From: Candidatus Woesebacteria bacterium RIFCSPHIGHO2_01_FULL_38_10
GTDB taxonomy: Bacteria; Patescibacteriota; Microgenomatia; UBA8517
Direction of reading: 5' to 3'
Length of the DNA stretch: 42,224 nucleotides
NCBI GenBank assembly: GCA_001792215.1
Contig: MGGC01000038.1
Location: forward strand, 73,761-115,984
Positions 34,887 to 42,224 of this stretch are shown piece after piece (positions within the stretch are counted from its first letter, which is position 1; every line of letters begins with the position of its first letter). The notes under the pieces are model-generated. The model searched no databases. It saw only the letters and a list, made by a program, of their open reading frames with translations, and was not told the DNA's origin. The position numbers were made by a program, and so were the translations under genes.

Positions 34887-34914
34887 ACCTACTATTGTAA
34901 ATAGTATACGGGAT

Positions 34915-35990
34915 ATGAACGAAACTCCAGTAAGGACTCCAAAAGAAACCAAGTTTAAAGAGCCTCAAACTAAATTAAGTAAGATGTTTTGGACAGACGG
35001 GGAGGCACGGCTGGTAGGTAATTTTCTCAGGGGTAATCCAACTGAGATAGTCGAGGCGGAGGCAAAAAGACCCCTGTGGGAAGAAGTAAAATACCAACTG
35101 ATTTTGAAGACGAAGAAATTCCTGCTCTTCTTATCAGAGCTCAAGGATTTGTTAAGAACTTAAGCCCGAATCCGCTTCTTTCATTCCCACAAACTCCTTC
35201 TAAAGAAAATGTCCCGAAAACTGAATACACTTATTCTGTAAAAAAAAGATCGCAGGTTATCTTACAACTAGTTGAACCTCTATTTAGAAGATTCGGAATT
35301 TGGAGCACTGATGAATCAAGAAGAATTACTGCCTACGGAGGATTAAAGAAGCAAAGATAAGTCAAATTTTTTCCAGGCTGAATTGCTGGGCCAAGAAGTT
35401 GAGAGAGAAGGGCTTATTTCTCCTGAAGAAGGAGGGCCTTCTCTTATTGATGCAATTTACGCACCTAGATTCGAAAAAATTAAAGACCCATCTGATAAAA
35501 GAGTTAGAAGAAGTCTGGCTCATGAAATCGTTCATGCTCTTCGCGCCCTTTCCAATCGAAATTTCTGGAGAGATGTCCAAGACGAAGCCGAGCTTTTTGG
35601 TTTAAGAAAACCGGATTCTGATGAGAAGAAAAAACATATTGGAGGGTTTTACGTAGCCTCAAATATGCAAGGAGCTGAAGCGGTAGGAGAATTACTTGCA
35701 GCAGTGAGCGAACATAAGGCAGCCTATCAATCAGAACCTACTATAAAAATTTACTACCTGAATTATCTCAAAGACTACAAGTTACTATCGATAAATTTAA
35801 AAATGAGGAAAGACCCAAAAAAACTAGATATTTGACAGCCAAGCTTACCTTAGTTCATCATCTAGAACAGCTGAAAAATCTCGGATACGCTGATATTGAG
35901 GCGATTGATTTAGTTGCTTTAGGTTCCGGATACGTGAGCTTGGAAAAAGCACCAGAGCTTATTAAGCTTGGAGTTATCCAGCAGGAATAA
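34915..35990 (+). pseudogene. Frameshifted gene for an HExxH (zincin-like) protein
   Basis: Four abutting reading-frame segments; LAHEIVHAL in the third. Confidence 0.6.
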
Positions 35991-36042
35991 TATGGAAAAA
36001 TGCAACAAGTAGTTAGAAATATTTCCAATTGGCTAACTTCTC

Positions 36043-36939
36043 CTAGTGAGTCCGGCTTTCGTATAGAAGCTCAAAATATTTGATAATTTCCAAAGCAGCG
36101 TTTACTCCGGTAAACTCCTCTAATCCTCTGAACTGAGGACCTCTATTAATTTCAAGCACATAAGCTCGATGTGTTTTTTTATGAAGCATAATATCAACTC
36201 CGGCAATTTCTGTATGGTTTATTCTACTCAATTTCTCCGCTATTTCCCGTATATCAGAATTTTTATTTAAATCAAAAGACTCCCCCTTTGCACCCCGGCT
36301 GATATTACTCCTAAAATCTCCCTGAGAAGGAGTCCTTTTCATGGCTCCAATAGCTCGGTATCCAACCGTAAAAACTCTGATATCTCCGTCGTTGGGAATA
36401 AATTCGCGAATTTGGAAAGAAACAGAAGCCTTATCCTTAAGAATCACCCTTTTAATTTCCTTATAGGAATTAACTTTACTTACCCCGAGTCCTCTCTGAC
36501 CGTAACTGTTTTTTATAACAACCGGAAAATTAAAATCTTTTAAAGCCTCTCTTAAGGTCTTAATAGAAAGAACTATGCTCGTCTTGGGAAACCTTATTCC
36601 AAGTTCAATTTGTTTAATCAATTCAGAAGTCGGAGTAAAATAAACTTTATAGGCAGGATCAATCATCTTAAACTCAACTATCTTTGTTCCAAAGTTTTTA
36701 TGAAGATAGTCGCAGCTTATATACCACTCCCATTTCCTCTCGCCAACCGTAAGAAGATAGATAAGATTATACTTTTGCAAATCTAAACCCCCAACAGCGG
36801 GTTTAAAAAAATTTTTTGCGGTTCTAATTATGAGATCATAACTTGAACAATTATCAACAATATGTCCGCGTCTCCCCCCTTCTTCTTTTAACCTATTTGT
36901 CTGTCCGCTAGTTACCTTACCTACAATAAGAATTTTCAT
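36043..36939 (-). CDS. RimK-family ATP-grasp ligase
   Basis: PVVIK..G.RG.GV, EFIP..GDIRV, FRSNISRG, GVDI, LEIN..P.F.GLE. Confidence 0.92.
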   Translation of the reverse strand: MKILIVGKVTSGQTNRLKEEGGRRGHIVDNCSSYDLIIRTAKNFFKPAVGGLDLQKYNLIYLLTVGERKWEWYISCDYLHKNFGTKIVEFKMIDPAYKVYFTPTSELIKQIELGIRFPKTSIVLSIKTLREALKDFNFPVVIKNSYGQRGLGVSKVNSYKEIKRVILKDKASVSFQIREFIPNDGDIRVFTVGYRAIGAMKRTPSQGDFRSNISRGAKGESFDLNKNSDIREIAEKLSRINHTEIAGVDIMLHKKTHRAYVLEINRGPQFRGLEEFTGVNAALEIIKYFELLYESRTH

Positions 36940-37808
36940 ACTGCGTACTTCAAAGCATGCTCCAGATAAAGCCTGCCGATATTTTTGCCAGTTGCCTTCT
37001 CCATTCCCACAAACCCGGCCGTATGGTTAACCTCCAAAATATAACGCTTGCCACTCTCATCAATAAGAATATCAACTCCGCCAACACTCATATTAACCGC
37101 CCTCAATGCGTATTTTGCCAGCCTTTTCCCCTCCTCATCCAAATCATGCAGCTCAACCGATCCTCCTAAAGAAAAATTGGCTCTAAACTCCCCCTTCTTG
37201 GGGATACGGCGCATAATGAAAACGTTCTCTCCAATTATTAAACACCTTAAATCGTATTTATAAGGTATAAATTCCTGAATGATATAGCTTTTGGCCAATT
37301 TTCCCTGATCAACTAGCTGCCTTATCAGAACATCCAAACTATCTTTACTATCTACCCTAAAAACACTTGCACCTTTGCCCGACCTTACTGATTTAACAAC
37401 CACTGGGTAGCCTATCTTCTCAGCACTTTCTTGGTATTTTGAAAAGTCTCTTACATAGGCCGTATCCGGAACCAAAATCCCCTTAATTGATAACTTTATA
37501 AGATCAGTTACTTTATCAATTGAGTACCTATGTTCAAGAAAATTATTATCAAAAACCCGAACATCCTTACCTCGCAAATTATTAATCAAAACTGATATTG
37601 TTTTAATCGAATTAAAAATTCCCCGCATGATAATAACATCTGTTTGCAAATCAGAAAGTTGAGGAATAAAAAAACTGTCCTCCTTGAGAATGAAGCCGAA
37701 ATTCTTTAAATCAATGAGTTCAAAATCGTGCCCCAAAGCCTTAACTTCCTCTTCAATTCTTTTATTTTCGACCAAGGATAAAAGTGTTGTAATTAAGCTA
37801 ATCTTCAT
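36936..37808 (-). CDS. RimK/LysX-family ATP-grasp ligase
   Basis: YPVVVK, QEFIP...DLR, FRANFSLGG, GVDI, LEVN. Confidence 0.92.
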   Translation of the reverse strand: MKISLITTLLSLVENKRIEEEVKALGHDFELIDLKNFGFILKEDSFFIPQLSDLQTDVIIMRGIFNSIKTISVLINNLRGKDVRVFDNNFLEHRYSIDKVTDLIKLSIKGILVPDTAYVRDFSKYQESAEKIGYPVVVKSVRSGKGASVFRVDSKDSLDVLIRQLVDQGKLAKSYIIQEFIPYKYDLRCLIIGENVFIMRRIPKKGEFRANFSLGGSVELHDLDEEGKRLAKYALRAVNMSVGGVDILIDESGKRYILEVNHTAGFVGMEKATGKNIGRLYLEHALKYAV

Positions 37809-37809
37809 A

Positions 37810-39135
37810 TCAGTTTGCTTTTTTTACAGCCTCCTCTTTTTCATCTTTTGTTATATCGGGATTGACTAAAAGTCCTTTTAAACTTTTTCTGCCAATAATT
37901 ACGGGAAACTTTAATGCAGTTCTTTTGGCAATTGATGCAGGAGTAGTAATTTTTCTTCCTGCCAACCAAAAGCTTAAATTAATTACCGGCCTTTTCTCCT
38001 TGCCAAATGAGCTTCTTACAGTCTTTGTCCAAAGAATATTATCATCTTTTAAAAGTCCAAGCTCACTGGCCAAACCTTCATTAATAGAAGTTCTCCAGGC
38101 ACCGGTATCAATTTTAGCAGTAACTTTTACCTTCTTTCCCCAGGCATTTACTATCTTTACTGTCTCAAACACCTTAACAGTTTTTATCCCCTCCTCAGCC
38201 TTAACCCTATCAGCAAATCTCTCTGCAAAAAGGGCTTTGGCAATTTTAACTCCGTGTTCACTATCCTTTACCGCCAAACCCATAACCCTGTCAAGCCTTC
38301 TTCTTAAACCAGCTTCATTGGCCAACTGAATTGACAATCCCGGCTGATAATTAAGTTCAAGTATCATCGGACCTTTTTCAGGATGAAGAACAACGTCAGC
38401 CCCAAAATAGCCTAAATTTGCGGCATTTCCGGCCTCAACCGCAATCTCCAACATCTCTGTCCAGTTGGGTATCTTTATACCATTTAACTTTCTTTTTGTT
38501 CCCGGTTTATAATAGATATACTCTGAGTGCCAAAAAGCTTGAGTGGTAATTCCGGTTGCAATATCAATTCCAACCGCAATTGCTCCTTGATGAAGATTAG
38601 CTCTGCCACCTGATTCTTTAGTAGGAAGTCTGAGCATGGCCATCACCGGAATTTTATTGAAAACAATGACCCTGATATCTGGAGTTCCCCGAAAGGCGTA
38701 TTTCTTAAAGGCTTTATGTCTTCCCACATACTCTTCAATATAAGCACTATCTGGCACATTGCCAACTGAAAATGCTCCCTCCAAAACATCCAAAACATGG
38801 ATTTTTAAATCCTCGATAGTAACCTTTTTCCGTTGAGTCGTTATCCAACCGCTACCGTCCTTGGTACGCTTCTTGACAACAATGATACCCTCACCTCCTA
38901 ATCCTTTTGAGGGTTTCAAAGCAAAGGAGTCAGGAAGTTTACCCCAATTAAAGTTTTTAATCTTTAAAGGTTTGCTAAATTTTGTATATATTGCGGGAAC
39001 TGGTATGCCAGCTTTTGACAAAACCTTTTTTGTTTTTATTTTTGAACTGGCGATGCTTCTTCCTCGGGCTTTATTAAAGGGATAGGAAAAAAGCTGCGTC
39101 CGGGCATTTAAACCTAAAATATCAGAAAACCGCAT
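37810..39135 (-). CDS. Alpha-L-glutamate ligase-like ATP-grasp fused to a C-terminal retropepsin-like (RimK-associated) peptidase domain
   Basis: ILGLNAR, G.GGEGI, AMLRLPT..S.GRANLHQGA, LELN..PGL.IQ.AN; then AKIDTGA...IIGR. Confidence 0.9.
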   Translation of the reverse strand: MRFSDILGLNARTQLFSYPFNKARGRSIASSKIKTKKVLSKAGIPVPAIYTKFSKPLKIKNFNWGKLPDSFALKPSKGLGGEGIIVVKKRTKDGSGWITTQRKKVTIEDLKIHVLDVLEGAFSVGNVPDSAYIEEYVGRHKAFKKYAFRGTPDIRVIVFNKIPVMAMLRLPTKESGGRANLHQGAIAVGIDIATGITTQAFWHSEYIYYKPGTKRKLNGIKIPNWTEMLEIAVEAGNAANLGYFGADVVLHPEKGPMILELNYQPGLSIQLANEAGLRRRLDRVMGLAVKDSEHGVKIAKALFAERFADRVKAEEGIKTVKVFETVKIVNAWGKKVKVTAKIDTGAWRTSINEGLASELGLLKDDNILWTKTVRSSFGKEKRPVINLSFWLAGRKITTPASIAKRTALKFPVIIGRKSLKGLLVNPDITKDEKEEAVKKAN

Positions 39136-39144
39136 AAATATAGG

Positions 39145-39213
39145 GCAAAATTCAAATTAGAACTAAAAACTTTCAGTTTTGATCTGTTTTGAGTTTTGCA
39201 TTTTGAGTTTTGC
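39145..39213. repeat. Intergenic hairpin built from degenerate heptamers
   Basis: GCAAAAT TCAAATT AGA ACTAAAA versus GTTTTGA TCT GTTTTGA GTTTTGC ATTTTGA GTTTTGC. Confidence 0.7.
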
Positions 39214-39216
39214 AGT

Positions 39217-40146
39217 TCAGCCCGAAATAAGTTTTCTGAATCTCCAAATTTCCATAAACCTTAAACCCACATACTTGCCTAACAAAAAGTCAAAAACAAA
39301 GATTGATAAAATCCAGACTTCAGGATTAAGAAGGGCAAATTCCTGAACACTCTTGGTTGCCAGCAAGACAAAAGAGGTAAGTGCCAAAATCAAAGTTTCT
39401 AAAGCTAAACTCATTGCAACTTTAACCGACTTTCCCAGTTGAACTTTACTAAAGTCCTCTGATAAAAGAACCAATACCAAAACCGGAAATATTGAGACAC
39501 TGCTTATATCAGGACTTTTTATATAAGGCGCTAAAAAAAGAAGAAATAAAATACTCAATACAACAAAATGAAGCATGAGAGCCATTCTGGGTAGGTACTG
39601 AAGTTTAATAATGGACAACCTTCGCAAAACCATACGAAAGAACGTTGAGACAAAAACAATGAGCAAAAATATGATTATTCCGACTATCGGTCCGGTTGCT
39701 ACAAAACTTACGGACAAGGCCGCCGGTAAAAAAATTCCAAAACCTCTTATTCCGATCAGATGTCTGGCTGCGGCAATCAAAGCAGCCACACCGGGAATAA
39801 GTAAAAGCAGAACTATTGTGTTAGGCGGAACGCCGGAGGCAACCGCTCCCCGAATTGCGTATTTTATGAGGTTGTAAGGCAGAACCGCACCTAATTTCTG
39901 TTCGTTGAGCAGCCTGGTCAGAGGTTCAACTGTCTCTTCTGTTTCACGGGTAATATCTGCCCGAGGAGCGGACGTTGGTTCAACTTTTTTTGCCTTTTCC
40001 AATATGGTGGAAGAAGCGGTTGCTTCTTCCTGTGAAATCTCTTCAGGCTCTTGAAGTGTATTTTTTTGAGCCAAGATTGGCAACACTTCAAAGAAAAAAA
40101 GAAAAAAGAAAAAAAAAGTTGTTGACAAAAAAATAATTTTCTTCAT
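39217..40146 (-). CDS. 7TM domain protein (7TM_transglut family)
   Basis: LLLIP..A...A..R..IG..GFGIF.P, Y.PR, IFP, NPE, Y.GLR..E..RFR. Confidence 0.88.
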   Translation of the reverse strand: MKKIIFLSTTFFFFFLFFFEVLPILAQKNTLQEPEEISQEEATASSTILEKAKKVEPTSAPRADITRETEETVEPLTRLLNEQKLGAVLPYNLIKYAIRGAVASGVPPNTIVLLLLIPGVAALIAAARHLIGIRGFGIFLPAALSVSFVATGPIVGIIIFLLIVFVSTFFRMVLRRLSIIKLQYLPRMALMLHFVVLSILFLLFLAPYIKSPDISSVSIFPVLVLVLLSEDFSKVQLGKSVKVAMSLALETLILALTSFVLLATKSVQEFALLNPEVWILSIFVFDFLLGKYVGLRFMEIWRFRKLISG

Positions 40147-40486
40147 AGTCTATTCTGGAAGATTTCGGACCTTCCGGAACTTACCCAGAAACTTGATTGA
40201 TAATCAATTATATAACCCAGGAAGTCAAGTATCCATATTTAGGGAGAGGCTTCAACGTCGTTTTGTCGGATAAAATATTCAAGTCCTACTAGATTAACAA
40301 TATAGAAAGTAATGGCTGAGTCAGAGACGGTCAGAGTATAAGGTCATTATAAGCATCGGCTTGACCGTCGGGGTTACACACAACTATAGCATCTATATCA
40401 AATTGAGTAAGCATCAAGTAAGTCTATTCATCAAACTGCTAACCATAAGGCTGGTCGCCAAGATACTGAATGTGCACATCAAGACC

Positions 40487-42223
40487 CTACGGTGCCAGTT
40501 CCCTAAAGCGAGCGTGTCTTTCCCCTAAGCTGGCAGGAAAGTTCATAAGAAGATCAGGCGCAAACTTAAAGGTTTCTGCCGGAGTTATGGCGTTATTGGG
40601 AAGATCCCTGTCCATAACCAAAGTTCCCTGGCTAACCACTGATCCGCGCAGCAAAAGCGTCAAATCAGATCCTTGTACATCGGTGGTCAGAAAGTCTCTT
40701 TGGGCAAAATATAACCCTTCCATTTCAGTTACACTCTCATCAACGGTTATATTCCCGTCGGTAATCAAAAGCAGTAAACCCGTCCCATCAGTCAGATTAA
40801 TATTTTTATCGATTTTAACACTACCTCCTTGAACAAAGACAACTACTTTTCTTGAGCCGATATTCAAAGAAGCGTCTCCATCAGTCAAAGTTAAATCAGA
40901 GGGATTAGAATATTGATAGTAGTAATAGCCGCTTCCGGAAGGATATTCTGTTCCTCCGGATAATAAATTACTTTCAGTAACTGTCGGGCCAAGGCTAGCC
41001 AAACTTACACTGGTAGGAATTTTATCCCGGAAAAATTGATAGGTGTATGTATCCCCTCCGTAATCAGATCCTTCCACCACCCATCCCGGCCGAGAAGGTC
41101 CGTTTCCTGCTCCCCAGGAAACGTTTCCTCCTCTTCCAGCTGAGGGAATTCCGGCTGCCTCTTCAGGGGTGCCGGATGTATTTTTAACAAGATATGGATC
41201 ACAGGGTGGCGAATTCAGAGGGCAGCCTCCGGCAATTTGGGAAATTACATCGCCTCCGGATAATACATCCCCGTTTTCCACCTGGAACCAGGGCGGAGGA
41301 TTAATTACGCTAACCTGAGACGAATCATCACATATCGGACGACCTTCCATTACCATACTTGCATTAATAGTAGCATCCGGAGGACTTACTCCCTCGCCGT
41401 AAACATCCGTTCGGTAAGGCGAACTCCCATCGCTTCCCGGATTAACACTGGCAATTGATGTATTGCTTGAGGAAAAGTTAACTCTGTCAATGGCAATATT
41501 TGTAGGTTTATCAATATTGGTTGCCCAAAGCTGGTCAGTGGTCATTAGTTCAATTACCGTGTTTGCCGGCAATAAGTTAAAGGTACACCAGGCGCAACTA
41601 TTCCAAAGGCCACCAGTATAACCCCAATTTGAGGTTGTACAAACTCCTCTGGTTCTGACCCGACCATAATAAGTTCTGTTGGAAGTTAAGCCCCAGGTGG
41701 TGTAATTACACATTCCATCACTACACTGAAAAAAGGCTGAACTTTGCCACCAGGAATTATATACATAAGGAGCTGAGAAACTGGGTTCATTATCCACCTG
41801 TAACTGATACTCGGAAACAAATCGCCCACCGTCAGCATCCCAAACCCTGGGCCATTGCCAATTTATCCACCAATTACCGGTTTCCCTATTACAACCCCAA
41901 TCAGGCGGATCTCGGGGGCGAGGCTGGCTGCAGATTCCAGGAGTCGGAGTGGCTGTGGGGGGTACCGCTGTTGGCCGAGGCGTGTTGGTGGGTGCACCCG
42001 GAGTATTGGTTGGTCCTCCGGGAGTATTAGTCGGAGGTGGTGGTGCAGTAATTGTCAAGATAGAACTATCCGAACAAACAGCCACCTCAGAGATACCTGA
42101 ATTCATTATCACTTGAGCCGAGACAGTTGTAGTTCCTCCCGCTAAATGAGTTGCTGTCGTCGTATAAGGAACACTACTTTTACTACTGGAAGTAAGCGTG
42201 GCCACAGAAATATTTGATGAGTT
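40487..42223 (-). CDS. Large surface/adhesin-like protein, 5'-partial (Ig-like repeats, PTNTP linker, FN3-like domain, beta-rich C-terminus)
   Basis: Frame is open to the window edge; repeated SSN.S.A......S.PY.T units; YQLQVD..PSF and YYGRVR. Confidence 0.8.
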   Translation of the reverse strand, partial: NSSNISVATLTSSSKSSVPYTTTATHLAGGTTTVSAQVIMNSGISEVAVCSDSSILTITAPPPPTNTPGGPTNTPGAPTNTPRPTAVPPTATPTPGICSQPRPRDPPDWGCNRETGNWWINWQWPRVWDADGGRFVSEYQLQVDNEPSFSAPYVYNSWWQSSAFFQCSDGMCNYTTWGLTSNRTYYGRVRTRGVCTTSNWGYTGGLWNSCAWCTFNLLPANTVIELMTTDQLWATNIDKPTNIAIDRVNFSSSNTSIASVNPGSDGSSPYRTDVYGEGVSPPDATINASMVMEGRPICDDSSQVSVINPPPWFQVENGDVLSGGDVISQIAGGCPLNSPPCDPYLVKNTSGTPEEAAGIPSAGRGGNVSWGAGNGPSRPGWVVEGSDYGGDTYTYQFFRDKIPTSVSLASLGPTVTESNLLSGGTEYPSGSGYYYYQYSNPSDLTLTDGDASLNIGSRKVVVFVQGGSVKIDKNINLTDGTGLLLLITDGNITVDESVTEMEGLYFAQRDFLTTDVQGSDLTLLLRGSVVSQGTLVMDRDLPNNAITPAETFKFAPDLLMNFPASLGERHARFRELAP

Positions 42224-42224
42224 A

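Noticed and set aside
14219-35990. TGA recoding (code 25) to explain the broken genes
   Set aside because: Intact genes such as rplA end in TGA, tRNA-Trp is CCA, and most lesions are frameshifts.
37862-39877. Long antisense ORFs (also 3755-4261, 4942-5376, 19536-19928, 31564-31902, 33614-33979)
   Set aside because: They lie opposite better-supported genes and have no motifs.
41940-42045. DNA repeats in the large surface gene
   Set aside because: Explained by the PTNTP/PTATP protein linker.

Overview
AT-rich 42 kb chromosomal segment of a Patescibacteria/CPR bacterium. Gene content and protein style suggest Microgenomates (inference). It uses genetic code 11 (TGA stops, tRNA-Trp CCA). The housekeeping backbone is hisS, rpmE, a short prfA, four tRNAs, rpmG, rpsU, rnhB, secE-nusG-rplK-rplA and rplJ-rplL with an L10 leader. 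It is broken up by accessory blocks: orphans, a VapBC pair, RelE-, RAYT- and HExxH-type pseudogenes, surface proteins and a 7TM + three-ATP-grasp cluster. Strongest unexplained signals: (1) a 30-codon His/Trp/Arg leader peptide with terminator/antiterminator geometry ahead of an operon of a possible class-I-aaRS-fold orphan, PIG-L deacetylase, APH-like kinase and HisRS; (2) a 6S-RNA-like 174-nt rod; (3) a TrpR-like gene bracketed by the same perfect palindrome; (4) REP-like repeats, one in frame inside rnhB; (5) heptamer inverted repeats around a four-helix-bundle gene; (6) recurring 18-bp-spacer and leaderless promoters. All protein family calls are by-eye motif recognition, not database searches.
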